Origin: Opitutales bacterium | GTDB taxonomy: Bacteria > Verrucomicrobiota > Verrucomicrobiia > Opitutales > UBA2987 | Direction: 5' to 3' | Length of the DNA: 64,000 bases | Assembly: GCA_965226885.1 (NCBI GenBank) | Contig: CBDDEL010000015.1 | Coordinates: 608,001-672,000 of the forward strand | Shown here: one piece after another, positions 41,582 through 53,432 of the stretch | Layout: the number at the start of each line of letters is the position of its first letter | Position numbering within the stretch: position 1 is the stretch's first letter | Position numbers and translations under genes: made by a program | The notes under the pieces: generated by a model | What the model saw: the letters and a program-made list of their open reading frames with translations, nothing else | The model's database searches: none | What the model was told of the DNA's origin: nothing

Positions 41582-42307
41582 ATGCAGCCGATAATAACTG
41601 TTTTCAAACGCGAATTCATGGGGTATTTCCGCTCCCCCGTGGCTTATGTTTTCCTCATTGTTTTCATGGTTTCGACCATCGGTTTGACCTGGTTTATCGG
41701 TGGGTTTTTCGATACTGACGATGCCAGCCTGGCCCGTTTTTACACCTTTCTGCCCTGGGTCTATCTGTTCCTCATCCCGGCCGTGGGGATGCGCCTATGG
41801 GCGGAGGAAAAAAGATCGGGCACCTGGGAACTTCTTTTTACCCTGCCTCTTTCCGTAGGGCAGGCGGTTTTCGGAAAATTCCTGGCCGGCTGGGCCTTTA
41901 TTTCGGTCGGCATATTGCTTACTTTTACAATGCCTCTGACGGTGGCCTACCTCGGCGATCCTGACTGGGGCCCCATCTTCAGCGGCTATCTGGGGGGAAT
42001 TTTGATGGCAGGAGCTTTTTTGAGCATCTGCTCGCTTACCTCCTCTTTTACCCAGAACCAGGTCATCAGCTTTGTATTGAGCGTGGTTGTGTGTCTGGTA
42101 CTGGTCCTGCTTGGCTGGAGCGTTTTCAGCGATCTCATGCTGGCCGCCAATTTCCCGGTCTGGCTGGTCGACGGGCTTTCCAATTTCAGCTTCATCACTC
42201 ATTTCACGCCCATGGTGAGAGGCTTGATTACTTTGCGCGACGTTCTCTTTTTCGTCTCCCTGGGAGCGTTTTGCCTCTTTTTCAATGTGCTAACTCTGGA
42301 GCGCTAA
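41582..42307 (+). CDS. ABC-2 permease (GldF-like)
   Basis: YFRSPVAY and MRLWAEEKRSGT motifs; hydrophobic. Confidence 0.88.
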   Translation: MQPIITVFKREFMGYFRSPVAYVFLIVFMVSTIGLTWFIGGFFDTDDASLARFYTFLPWVYLFLIPAVGMRLWAEEKRSGTWELLFTLPLSVGQAVFGKFLAGWAFISVGILLTFTMPLTVAYLGDPDWGPIFSGYLGGILMAGAFLSICSLTSSFTQNQVISFVLSVVVCLVLVLLGWSVFSDLMLAANFPVWLVDGLSNFSFITHFTPMVRGLITLRDVLFFVSLGAFCLFFNVLTLER

Positions 42308-42342
42308 ACGGATATTTTTTTGTTTTTTAATCGAATCATATA

Positions 42343-44235
42343 ATGAAGACCACTTCTAAAGGGATCGCTATACTGCTCCTGCTGGCAGGGCTGATAATGG
42401 TGACCATCATCACTAGCTTCATTCCCGGTCAGGTGGATATGACCGCGGAAAATATTTACACCTTGTCCGATGGCAGCAAGGCCCTGCTGAAGAAGATCGA
42501 GGAACCCGTTACGCTCGATTATTACTTTCGGCGCAGCGCGGAGGAGGTGCCTATCCGGTTTAAAAATTTCGCCACCCGTGTGGAAGCCCTCCTGCGCCAG
42601 TATGAAAGCGCCGGAGGGGGTAATATAGTGGTCAATATCATCGATCCGAAGCCGGACACAGAGGAGGAAGAAGAGGCCATCCGCTCCGGCATTTCCAGCC
42701 AGCCGCTTCCTAGTGGGGAAAACTTTTTTTTCGGATTAAAAGCCATACAGGCGGAGCAGGAGAAAATCATTCCCATTTTCGATCTGCAACGGGAATCTTT
42801 TCTCGAATATGACATCTCCCGTACCATCCACCGAGTACAGCAGCTAGACCTGCCCAAATTGGGGGTGGTCTCCTCCCTGCCAGTGATTTCCGGTTATCAA
42901 CCGGGCATGATGCCTCCGGGCCAGCCGCCCCCGGAAGATTGGGTCTTCATCCAGGAATTACGGGAGAGTTTTTCCATTAAGCAAGTGGCAGCTGACGGGA
43001 ACAACCTACCCGATGATCTGGATGTTCTGGCAATCATACACCCGGCCGGGTTGAGCGACCCGTTGCTCTACGAAATCGATCAGTTCGCGCTTTCCGGAAA
43101 ACCGGTTTTTATCGCTGTGGATCCGTCATCCAATATTCAAAAAAGGAGCATGAGCCAACAACAGATGATGATGGGCGGCATGCCCAGCACATCCAGCGAC
43201 CTACCGCGGCTTTTCGATAAATGGGGCATCGATTACGACCCGACCTATTTTGTGGCCGACCTGCAATATGCCGAAAGCGTAGTCGCCGGACCGGGCGGAT
43301 CGAGGGTGCGCTACCCGGCCTGGCTCAATATCGATAGGCTCTCCGGGGAGGCGCCCCCCACGGCGGAACTGAACCGCATGTTTCTGGTTGAGCCAGGTAG
43401 TTTTAACCTGCGGGAGGATAGCGGCCTGACTTTGACTCCACTTCTGGAAAGTTCCGACCAAAGCGGGCTCTTGACTGCCAGTTTGCTCAATTTCACCCCG
43501 CCGGATGCGCTCGCCCGGCAGGTGGACCCCAATGGCGAAACTCATGTCCTGGCGGGAATTTTACACGGCAAACTGACGACCGCTTTTCCCGATGGCAGGC
43601 CAGCGGTTGAAGCAGGGGATGAAGAAGAGGCCGAAGATGAATCGAAAGGCGGTGAATTTCTTTCAGAATCCATTGGTGAAAGCACCTTGGTGTTGATTGC
43701 CGACAGCGATTTTTTGGCCGACAACTTCAGCGTGCGGCGCATCAATTTCCTCGGCATGCGAGGGATGCAGCCCCTCAACGACAACATCGCTTTTATCAGC
43801 AATGTCCTGGAATACCTGGCCGGGAGCGAAGACCTCATTTCCCTGCGGGGCAAAGGAACAGTGGTGCGGCCCTTTCAAGTGGTGCGGGACCTCGAAATGA
43901 TTGCCCAGCAAAAATTCAAAGAGGAGTACGAGGACTTGCAGTCCGAACTCTCCGAGGTGCAGGCAAAACTGCGCCAACTGCAGGAAGAACAAGGCGACCG
44001 GCGTCGCTTGGTGGCGGGTTCGGAAGTTCGCCAACTGATCGAGGATTACCGGGTCGAAGAAGCCGATAAACGGGCGGCCCTGCGCAATATTCGGAAAAAA
44101 CTGCGGGAGGACATCGAGAGCCTGGAACGCAACCTGGCTCTTACGAACCTGCTCACCGTTCCCTGCCTGATCGGCATCGCAGGGGTGGGCTTTTTCTATG
44201 CCCGCCACAAACGGCAGAAAGGCAGCCAAGCATGA
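42343..44235 (+). CDS. GldG-like ABC auxiliary component
   Basis: D.T....YTLS motif, N- and C-terminal TMs, operon context. Confidence 0.82.
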   Translation: MKTTSKGIAILLLLAGLIMVTIITSFIPGQVDMTAENIYTLSDGSKALLKKIEEPVTLDYYFRRSAEEVPIRFKNFATRVEALLRQYESAGGGNIVVNIIDPKPDTEEEEEAIRSGISSQPLPSGENFFFGLKAIQAEQEKIIPIFDLQRESFLEYDISRTIHRVQQLDLPKLGVVSSLPVISGYQPGMMPPGQPPPEDWVFIQELRESFSIKQVAADGNNLPDDLDVLAIIHPAGLSDPLLYEIDQFALSGKPVFIAVDPSSNIQKRSMSQQQMMMGGMPSTSSDLPRLFDKWGIDYDPTYFVADLQYAESVVAGPGGSRVRYPAWLNIDRLSGEAPPTAELNRMFLVEPGSFNLREDSGLTLTPLLESSDQSGLLTASLLNFTPPDALARQVDPNGETHVLAGILHGKLTTAFPDGRPAVEAGDEEEAEDESKGGEFLSESIGESTLVLIADSDFLADNFSVRRINFLGMRGMQPLNDNIAFISNVLEYLAGSEDLISLRGKGTVVRPFQVVRDLEMIAQQKFKEEYEDLQSELSEVQAKLRQLQEEQGDRRRLVAGSEVRQLIEDYRVEEADKRAALRNIRKKLREDIESLERNLALTNLLTVPCLIGIAGVGFFYARHKRQKGSQA

Positions 44236-45323
44236 AATTGAAACCTCTCATTATCGCGATTTTGGTCATCGCCGTTCTCGCCGTGGTGGGCTGGAAGTTG
44301 ACACGTCCAGCCCAGCGAGTGATCGATCCCGACAGCCTGGCGGGTGAAAAACTGCTCTCACCCGACATTTTGGAGAAAGCGGAGGAAATCGTTTTCGAGA
44401 AACCCTCCGAGAATGAAAAAGTGACATTGATAAAGGAAAAAGGGGGCGATTGGGCGCTTCCCGATTATTATGGGTTGCGGGTCGATTTCAGTAAATTGAA
44501 AACCCTCACGGGCAACCTGCTGGATGCCTCCATCACCCGATTGGTCACCCGTAATCCCGAAAGAATGGAACGCCTGGAACTGGGGACCAACCGGGTGACC
44601 TTGAAATCGGCCGATGGTAAATCGCTGTGGGATTTGGAAACCGGTAAAAGAGGCTCCAACTCGGGGTTGTTTATCCAGCTCGACGGCAGAGAGGAAGCCT
44701 ACCTGGCCGACCTGAGCCTTTATCTTGACACCGATAGCAAAAATTGGGCCGATAAAAAGCTGCTCACCTTCGAGCAAAAAGACGTTTCCCGGCTTCGCCT
44801 CGAGTTTCCCGACAAGGAGGAATTGCCGCTCGAAATTTCACGTACCGGGCCGGATGCGCCCTTCGATCTGAGTGGCCCGGTAGAAGGGGAAACCCTCAAG
44901 CAGAACGAAGTAAAAAGTCTTATCTCCACTCTCTTGAGCGCCCGCTTCAATGATGTTCGATCTCCCGGGGAAGAGGACGCCGTGGGCGCCCGCCAGAACA
45001 GCCGCCAAGTAGTCTTGGAGCTTTTCAATGGGGACGTTTACACCCTGAGCATTGGTCGCCGCCTGCCGGAGCCGGTTGTCGCCGAGGTTGAGGTTGTTGC
45101 CGAAGGAGAGGAGGAGGCAGAGACGGAAGAGCCTAAGCCGGGGCCGGTGTTTATATTTTTTGAAATCTCGGATCCGGAAAACTACCTCAACCGAGTCATG
45201 TCCGAGGCGGCCCTGGTTTACTCCGACTACACCTACAACCAAATCCCGGATAGCCGTCTTAAACTGGTTGAGGTAACAGCGACGGAGACGGAAGAAGCGG
45301 AGTCCTCCGCCGATTCAGGATAA
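44232..45323 (+). CDS. DUF4340-like protein
   Basis: Fourth gene of the Gld-like ABC operon, with an N-terminal TM and ATGA overlap. Confidence 0.7.
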   Translation: MKLKPLIIAILVIAVLAVVGWKLTRPAQRVIDPDSLAGEKLLSPDILEKAEEIVFEKPSENEKVTLIKEKGGDWALPDYYGLRVDFSKLKTLTGNLLDASITRLVTRNPERMERLELGTNRVTLKSADGKSLWDLETGKRGSNSGLFIQLDGREEAYLADLSLYLDTDSKNWADKKLLTFEQKDVSRLRLEFPDKEELPLEISRTGPDAPFDLSGPVEGETLKQNEVKSLISTLLSARFNDVRSPGEEDAVGARQNSRQVVLELFNGDVYTLSIGRRLPEPVVAEVEVVAEGEEEAETEEPKPGPVFIFFEISDPENYLNRVMSEAALVYSDYTYNQIPDSRLKLVEVTATETEEAESSADSG

Positions 45324-45887
45324 TTCTGCGTGGCGAAAGCAATCGATGGTGTGATCGTTGACCATGCCCACCGCCTGCATAAAGGCATAGCATATAGTGG
45401 GCCCGACAAATTTGAATCCTCTTCGCTTGAGTTCCCGGCTCATCATTTCGGATTCCTTGGTCGATGCCGGTAGGTCACCGAGGGAACGCCATTGGTTCTG
45501 GATGGTGATGCCATCGGTAAACTGCCAGATGAATTTTTGGAAAGTCCCGAACTCTTCACTGATTCGCAGAAAGGCCCGGGCATTGCCGATGGCGGCGGAA
45601 ATTTTTAACCGGTTTCTAACAATGCCAGCATTTTGCAGCAATGCGGCTTCCTTTTTTTTATCGTAGCGGGCTATTTTTTGCGCATCGAAGGCATCGAAAG
45701 CCATTCTATAATTTTCGCGCTTTTTGAGAATGGTGATCCAACTGAGCCCGGCCTGAGCTCCTTCCAGCAGGAGGAATTCAAAGAGCCTGCCGTCGTCGTG
45801 CAGGGGCCTCCCCCACTCCTCATCGTGATAGCGAATTTAAAGGGGATCGGAAATCGACCAGGCGCAGCGAGTTTTTTTCATCATCAT
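45315..45887 (-). pseudogene. tag: DNA-3-methyladenine glycosylase I with in-frame TAA
   Basis: RCAW..DPL*IRYHDEEWG..LEGAQAGLSW..GFKFVGPT..NDH..C. The TAA is at 45839-45837. Confidence 0.92.
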
Positions 45888-46043
45888 CAAATAAACCCTG
45901 AAGGATTGTCGCTTAAGCGTTTTCCAATGAATTCCAGGCGACAAGAAAAAAAACACTGACCCGCTCCAGAGGCGGACGAATTTTTCAAAATTAAATTTTA
46001 TGTTGCTTATTTGCAGGCTGCCCAGCATTTATTTTGCATTGAA

Positions 46044-46833
46044 ATGTTCAGAATGATTTCAGGAAATCGTTTTGCTGGTGCTGTGGGGGTTTTCACATCT
46101 CTTGTTTTCTTGTTTACGCTCCAAACCGGGAGCGGTCAAAACATCGAAAGGGACACCCAAAAGTTAAACACCCGCTTGACCGATATCAACGCCTTCTTTT
46201 CGGCTGTCATGGCCAATCCCCAATCGGCGATCCCGCAAGCGATTCTGGGAAATGCCAAAGGCATCATTATCGTGATGCAAAATAAGGGGGGCCGGTTCGT
46301 GGCTCGCAAAGGCGGGGCGGGCATCGTCATCGTTCGCGACGAAAGGACCAGCAAACTGGGGATGCCGGCCTTTGTCCAGTCGCAGGATGAAAACTGGGGA
46401 TCGCTCGTCAATGGCAAACCTGTGAATACCATCTATCTGTTAATGCAAACCTGTGAATACCATCTATCTGTTAATGGATGCCGATGGGTTGAGCATCCTT
46501 TCCAAAAACCGTTTTCGCATCGGCTCTGGCGTGAAAGCCGCGGTGGGGCCAACCACCGCCCAGCCCGATCTCCAGGTGGACGCATCCATTCTTTTATATT
46601 CCAGTGAATCTGCGGCCGCTCCGGGCACTTTTTATTCGGGCGGCATTCTCTATGGCGAGGTCACCGCCAACCACCTTTATTTCAAGGATGAATCGCTCAC
46701 CATGCAGGATATTCTGTTCAACTATTCGGGCGACCCCACGGCCCAAATAATGAATTTCGTGCAACTGGTGGACAGTCATGTCGGTGATTTCAAGGTCGTT
46801 AAAAAGAAAAGAATCGGCAGTATTCTTTTTTAA
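46044..46833 (+). pseudogene. SYLF/Ysc84-like lipid-binding protein frameshifted by a 31-bp duplication
   Basis: IP..IL..AKGIII..GG.G and AAVGP motifs. Duplicated unit at 46414-46444 and 46445-46475. Confidence 0.78.
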
Positions 46834-46962
46834 TGTAAAAAGGCACTGCCTGATCGCCCTCTACCCTGAGCCAAGGCCGGAAAACGTATATCCTGTTTTG
46901 CCTTTCCCATCCATCCATCTGCAATATTGCCATTTAAATGGGGCTGTGCAATGGTCGCGGCA

Positions 46963-48912
46963 ATGGACCTGACTGCTGCCTATTGGCGATCCCTTGCTCT
47001 TTTTCTTGCCGGCATGTCCCTGGCCGCACCGTTCCAGGTTCGGGCGGCGGTGGATTTGCTTCCGGTGGAGGCGTTTTTCAGCGGCAATCAATACACCGAG
47101 GTTACCATTTCGCCGGATGGCGAATGCCTGGCTTTTCTCAGCCTGGTGAACGGCAGCCGGAATCTTTTCACTTACTCCATTGAGAAAAAACAATACAAAA
47201 GCCTGACCGAAGGCGGGAGGGACGCAGTTTTCGATTATGCCTGGGCGGGCAACGAATACCTGGTTTACCAGATAACGCAGGAAGATTATTTGGGTCTGGG
47301 CTTGGCCGCCGTTCGCCGGGACGGCAAAAAACGCAATCGGAAAGTTCTTTTGGAGCCAGCCCGGATGGTCCACAGCATGCCCGCCTACCCCAAACACATC
47401 CTGGTGGTCCTTTATCCCTACGAGGAACAATTTCCAGACCTTCACAGGGTGGGTATCACTTCCAGATACCGCACCACCTTTTTTGAGAATCCGGGCGATG
47501 TCGATTACTGGCTGCTCGATCCCGAGGGCCAGGTGAGGCTGGTGAAAGTCTTTAATCGGGACGGCAGCATTGACGTCTATCGCTACCGGGCCACGGTCAA
47601 AGAGCCCTGGCAGGAAATCCGGCTGCCCGCGGAAACTTACCCGCTGGCCCTTGATTACGACAGCAGTTTGCTGTATGTCGCCACCGGCAAAGACCGGCCC
47701 TTCACGGCCGTTTACAAATACGACCCGCAGTCGCAGGAATTCGCGGGCCTGGTCTGGAAAGATTCCTCATATGATGTCGTCCCCGGCTACGACCTGAACG
47801 GAGCGAGAGATTTCAAGGGCCTCATATTTTCCGATCAATTCCGCACCCTGGCGGGCATCGCCTATGAGCGCAATGGTCCTCAAATTCAATGGTTCCTGCC
47901 TTTTTATGAAGATTTGCAGGAAATGATCGATCAATCCTTGCCCAATACCCAAAATGTTTTCCTGGGCCGCGACAAAAGTGAAGAACACTTTCTCATCTTT
48001 GCCTACAATGACCGCGATCCTGGAAATTATTACCTGCTGGATTACCCTACCCGGCACCTGCAGTGGCTCTTCTCTAAAAATCCAGCCATAAATCCCGAAC
48101 AAATGGCGACCATGAAACCGGTCCAGATGCCATCGCGGGATGGGCGCATCCTGCACGGCTATTTGACCCTTCCGAAGGGCAAAAGACAGAACCTTCCCCT
48201 GGTCCTGAAACCGCATGACGGACCCTTTATGAGGGATAAATGGGGTTTCGACCCGGAAGTGCAATTCCTGGCCAATCGAGGCTATGCCGTTTTGCAGGTG
48301 AACTACCGGGGGTCCACCGGATACGGAAAAAATTTTTTCATGGCCGCTTTCGGAGAGATCGGCAAAAAAATGCAAAATGACATCACCGACGCGGTCCGCT
48401 GGGCAGTCTCGGAAAAAATCGCGGATCCGCAACGCATCGCCATTTACGGTGAAGGCTTCGGGGCCTACCTGGCCATGTCGGGACTGTTATTCACCCCCGA
48501 GCTATTCCAATGCGCCGTGGCCGTGGGCGGCATCTACGATTGGGAGACTTTTCTGGATAGCGACAAAACGTCTGTCATGGAACGCAATATGCCATTAAGC
48601 AGAATCTGGTTCGGGGAAACCGGGGACGAAGATTATGATAATAATACTAACAACAATAACAATGAACTATTAAAAACCGTCTCACCGGCTCACCATGCCG
48701 CACGGACCAAAAATCCCGTATTACTAATTCCAAAAGCCAACAACGGCCTCCCCATCGACCCCCAAACCCGCCTCATGGCGGAAGCCCTCCAAAAAGAGGG
48801 TAAACCGCACGAAATATTCGGCCAAAGCACAAACCCGGTCCACCCCCTGGAAAAATCCACCCCCCTCGACCACTACCACCGCATCGAAACCTTCTTGTCC
48901 GAAAATCTTTAA
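46963..48912 (+). CDS. S9 prolyl-oligopeptidase-family protein, probably catalytically dead
   Basis: ANRGYAVLQVNYRGSTGYG and MQNDITD motifs. The nucleophile elbow reads GEGFG. Confidence 0.85.
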   Translation: MDLTAAYWRSLALFLAGMSLAAPFQVRAAVDLLPVEAFFSGNQYTEVTISPDGECLAFLSLVNGSRNLFTYSIEKKQYKSLTEGGRDAVFDYAWAGNEYLVYQITQEDYLGLGLAAVRRDGKKRNRKVLLEPARMVHSMPAYPKHILVVLYPYEEQFPDLHRVGITSRYRTTFFENPGDVDYWLLDPEGQVRLVKVFNRDGSIDVYRYRATVKEPWQEIRLPAETYPLALDYDSSLLYVATGKDRPFTAVYKYDPQSQEFAGLVWKDSSYDVVPGYDLNGARDFKGLIFSDQFRTLAGIAYERNGPQIQWFLPFYEDLQEMIDQSLPNTQNVFLGRDKSEEHFLIFAYNDRDPGNYYLLDYPTRHLQWLFSKNPAINPEQMATMKPVQMPSRDGRILHGYLTLPKGKRQNLPLVLKPHDGPFMRDKWGFDPEVQFLANRGYAVLQVNYRGSTGYGKNFFMAAFGEIGKKMQNDITDAVRWAVSEKIADPQRIAIYGEGFGAYLAMSGLLFTPELFQCAVAVGGIYDWETFLDSDKTSVMERNMPLSRIWFGETGDEDYDNNTNNNNNELLKTVSPAHHAARTKNPVLLIPKANNGLPIDPQTRLMAEALQKEGKPHEIFGQSTNPVHPLEKSTPLDHYHRIETFLSENL

Positions 48913-49271
48913 GCCGGTCGTGTTTTCAAAATCCAATGTGTGATAGTACGAAACCAAAACAGTCGCTCCGATAATTTAGCCAGCGGAAAAGACCGACAGT
49001 CCACCCAAAATTATCTCCTCCACAGCCAGAGAGGCTGTTCGATTTTTTATTTGCAATTTGCATATTGATGTTAGGTTGAAAACAGGGAATGGCAAAGAAC
49101 TCACAAGCTCAAATATGTAGGTTAGTATTTGGCTCAATTTCAAGAAACACACCGTGATTCTGTTGGCTATAAAATAAATCAAGAATAGTCTTGTAAATAT
49201 CGGTCGTACGCATACTCTACCTAATTTTCTTGGCGTATTTATCGCCAAAATATTTAGTCTGGTAGAATACT

Positions 49272-50147
49272 ATGATGGAAATCGAAGATTCGCAAAGCCC
49301 TGCTAAGATTTGCATGTATGTTAATGGGCCGCTTTTTCGCGAAGGTATTCCATTGCATGTCATGATCGGGTCTCTGAAGGATTTCCAAGCAATCATCGAC
49401 AAGTCTTATCTTAGTTTTATAAAAGGTAAGAGGATTTCAAAAGATGAAAGAGAAAAATTCTACCTGCGAAGCTACGGCGTAGAACATCACTCCTTAGAGA
49501 CTTGGGTGGAAATCGTTATGGCCGGTTCTCAGACATTGATGCCCTTTTATAGTTACCTCAGCCCGGAGGGAATATGGGAAGTCACGAAACAGTCATGGGA
49601 GATGATTAAGCAGATAATGCCATACCTAAAAAACACAGGAAAGACTCCAGAATTTCACTTTGAGGGACATGGCCATTCTTCATTCACCGTCGTGACTGGC
49701 GACCAATCAAATAATTACTATGGACCGGTTTATAACGCAACGCAAAATTCGCTTCCTTTGTATCAAGATTTGGCACAAAAAATCGATAGCAAAAGTATTG
49801 ATACTATCAAGTTCGGCGACAGAACTGGTAATCCTATATCTATTTCTGAGGACGAAACAAAATTCTTACTTTTACCATCAACGGTTTCCAAGGAAACAGT
49901 TACCTTGGAGTGTGAGATTTTCGAATTCGATAAGCACGTTAACAAAGGAAAACTATCGGTATTTGATGAGCAAGAGATACCTTTGGGAGAATATCGATTC
50001 TCTGTCATCGGCAATCAAAATTTCGTGTTGTATATAGAGGCGATGCTGAGACAAGTCGTTAATATTGTTGCTCTGATAGAATATATACCAGATCCATTTG
50101 TAGGTGAAAAGATTAAAGCCATACAAATCATAGAAATTGTGACCTAA
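49272..50147 (+). CDS. AT-rich hypothetical protein (291 aa)
   Basis: Long ORF in a visibly low-GC segment. No family recognised. Confidence 0.75.
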   Translation: MMEIEDSQSPAKICMYVNGPLFREGIPLHVMIGSLKDFQAIIDKSYLSFIKGKRISKDEREKFYLRSYGVEHHSLETWVEIVMAGSQTLMPFYSYLSPEGIWEVTKQSWEMIKQIMPYLKNTGKTPEFHFEGHGHSSFTVVTGDQSNNYYGPVYNATQNSLPLYQDLAQKIDSKSIDTIKFGDRTGNPISISEDETKFLLLPSTVSKETVTLECEIFEFDKHVNKGKLSVFDEQEIPLGEYRFSVIGNQNFVLYIEAMLRQVVNIVALIEYIPDPFVGEKIKAIQIIEIVT

Positions 50148-50286
50148 CCGAGCAGCCATTGGGCTTCGATCCATTTACGCAATCAATATGCAAAATTTTA
50201 ACCTGCCCGAATTTCAGAAGAATTTAAATTGAATTAAATTAAAAATCGTAATTTACGGTTTGGCCGCTTTTGGTGGTGACGCTTAA

Positions 50287-51861
50287 CCCGGATATTTCGT
50301 AAAAAAAGTATCGTTGATATGCTTAACTGCTGATATACAGCAGGATAGATCAATAATTAAAGCAATATCAGCGATGACAAAAGGTAAACAATTAAAGCTA
50401 CAGTTGACAAGGGTAAAAGGCCGCCGTGTGCGGGTTGATTTCAAGGGCGGAGAGGTTACTTCGGATGCCGGACTGCTTTTGATCCGGGAAGTGGATCGGC
50501 AGTTGGGCTTGACCGAACGAGCGGCCCGACAGTTAGTGGACAAACGGCAGAAGGGCAAAGTACGCCATGAGGTATTGGGGATGCTGCGGCAGCGCGTTTA
50601 CGGGCTGGTGGCGGGCTATGAGGATTTGAACGACTTTGATACCCTGCGCCACGATCCATTGTTGCAAACGGTAACGGGGCGCATTGAAACGTTGGCCAGC
50701 GCGCCGACTTTGTGTCGTTTTGAAAACGGGCAGGATCGGCGGGCGGCCTTTGCGGTAAACGAGCTGTTGGTCGAACAGTTCATGGGCTCCTTTGCCGAGG
50801 AACCCGAAGAGATCATCCTGGACTTTGACGCCACCGACAATCCGGTGCACGGGCTCCAGGAGGGACGTTTTTTCCACGGTTATTATGATCATTACTGTTT
50901 TCTGCCGCTATATGTTTTTTGCGGTGATCAGCTGCTGGTGGCCTACCTGCGGCCGAGCAAGATCGATGCCAGCAAGCATGCCGGGGCCATCCTCAAATTG
51001 CTGGTTAAACGGATTCGCCAAAGCTGGCCCCGTACGCGGATTATTTGGCGCGCCGACAGTGGATTTTGTCGAGACCGGATACTCTCTTGGTGCGACCGCA
51101 ACGAAGTTAGTTACATCGTGGGGATGGCTCGCAATGCACGCTTGCAGCAAGACGCCCAGCAGTTGCAAAAGCAGGCCAAAGAATGGTTCGAACTAAGGGG
51201 TAAAAAACAACGGTTATTCCAGGACTTCGTCTATGCTGCCGATTCGTGGCGATGGCTGCGGTTGGTCATCCATAAAGCCGAACACACCGCACAGGGGTCC
51301 AACCCGCGCTTCGTGGTGACGAACCTGCCGGGCGATCCCCAGGAGCTTTACGACAAGGTATACTGTGGCCGCGGTGAAATGGAGAACCGAATCAAGGAAC
51401 AGATGCAATTGTTCAGCGAGCGCACCAGCGCCCATCAATGGTGGGCCAATCAGTGGCGATTGCTCTTGTCGGCGCTGGCCTACACCTTGATGGAAGCCAT
51501 GCGCCGGTTAGCCTTAAAAGGGACGAAGTGGGCGCGGGCCCAATGCCACACCCTGCGGCTCAAATTAATCAAGATCGGAGCGGTCATCGTGCGCAACACC
51601 CGAACGATTCACTTTCACCTAAGTGAGAGTTATCCTTGGGCCAGTCTTTTCAACCATGCGCCCCGCCGATTGGTGCCAACCTAAAGGGTGCATTGGTGCT
51701 GCCCCCGGCACTACCGAACCAATGGGGGAAAGGGGGCAGTGTCTCTACACCCTGAAAAACACCTAAAAATCAAGACGATCTGCTCAAAATACAAAGAAAT
51801 CCATCTCCCCATCTCCAATAGCAATAACGAGCCAAACTTTACCCTTCATGAAATATCCGGG
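50287..51861 (+). mobile_element. IS1380-family element, copy 3 (1575 bp; transposase ends 51684)
   Basis: IRs CCCGGATATTTC, flanks TTAA / TTAG, and an extra 8-bp CCATCTCC duplication. Confidence 0.96.
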
Positions 51862-51865
51862 TTAG

Positions 51866-53432
51866 CCCGGATATTTCGTAAAAAAAGTATCGTTGATATG
51901 CTTAACTGCTGATATACAGCAGGATAGATCAATAATTAAAGCAATATCAGCGATGACAAAAGGTAAACAATTAAAGCTACAGTTGACAAGGGTAAAAGGG
52001 CGCCGTGTGCGGGTTGATTTCAAGGGCGGAGAGGTTACTTCGGATGCCGGACTGCTTTTGATCCGGGAAGTGGATCGGCAGTTGGGCTTGACCGAACGAG
52101 CGGCCCGACAGTTAGTGGACAAACGGCAGAAGGGCAAAGTACGCCATGAGGTCTTGGGGATGCTGCGGCAGCGCGTTTACGGGCTGGTGGCGGGCTATGA
52201 GGATTTGAACGACTTTGATACCCTGCGCCACGATCCATTGTTGCAAACGGTAACGGGGCGCATTGAAACGTTGGCCAGCGCGCCGACTTTGTGTCGTTTT
52301 GAAAACGGGCAGGATCGGCGGGCGGCCTTTGCGGTAAACGAGCTGTTGGTCGAACAGTTCATGGGCTCCTTTGCCGAGGAACCCGAAGAGATCATCCTGG
52401 ACTTTGACGCCACCGACAATCCGGTGCACGGGCTCCAGGAGGGACGTTTTTTCCACGGTTATTATGATCATTACTGTTTTCTGCCGCTATATGTTTTTTG
52501 CGGTGATCAGCTGCTGGTGGCCTACCTGCGGCCGAGCAAGATCGATGCCAGCAAGCATGCCGGGGCCATCCTCAAATTGCTGGTTAAACGGATTCGCCAA
52601 AGCTGGCCCCGTACGCGGATTATTTGGCGCGCCGACAGTGGATTTTGTCGAGACCGGATACTCTCTTGGTGCGACCGCAACGAAGTTAGTTACATCGTGG
52701 GGATGGCTCGCAATGCACGCTTGCAGCAAGACGCCCAGCAGTTGCAAAAGCAGGCCAAAGAATGGTTCGAACTAAGGGGTAAAAAACAACGGTTATTCCA
52801 GGACTTCGTCTATGCTGCCGATTCGTGGCGATGGCTGCGGTTGGTCATCCATAAAGCCGAACACACCGCACAGGGGTCCAACCCGCGCTTCGTGGTGACG
52901 AACCTGCCGGGCGATCCCCAGGAGCTTTACGACAAGGTATACTGTGGCCGCGGTGAAATGGAGAACCGAATCAAGGAACAGATGCAATTGTTCAGCGAGC
53001 GCACCAGCGCCCATCAATGGTGGGCCAATCAGTGCCGATTGCTCTTGTCGGCGCTGGCCTACACCTTGATGGAAGCCATGCGCCGGTTAGCCTTAAAAGG
53101 GACGAAGTGGGCGCGGGCCCAATGGCACACCCTGCGGCTCAAATTAATCAAGATCGGAGCGGTCATCGTGCGCAACACCCGAACGATTCACTTTCACCTA
53201 AGTGAGAGTTATCCTTGGGCCAGTCTTTTCAACCATGCGGCCCGCCGATTGGTGCCAACCTAAAGGGTGCATTGGTGCTGCCCCCGGCACTACCGAACCA
53301 ATGGGGGAAAGGGGGCAGTGTCTCTACACCCTGAAAAACACCTAAAAATCAAGACGATCTGCTCAAAATACAAAGAAATCCATCTCCAATAGCAATAACG
53401 AGCCAAACTTTACCCTTCATGAAATATCCGTG
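51866..53432 (+). mobile_element. IS1380-family element, copy 4 (1567 bp; transposase ends 53263)
   Basis: TSD TTAG / TTAG. Right IR mutated to ATATCCGTG. Confidence 0.96.

Noticed and set aside
48976..49248. 90-aa minus-strand ORF in the AT-rich islet
   Set aside because: No recognisable motif or RBS, so it cannot be supported as a gene.
50141..50240. Integron attC site after the AT-rich ORF (ACCTAAC at the stop)
   Set aside because: No matching GTTRRRY or convincing hairpin was found, and no integrase is present.
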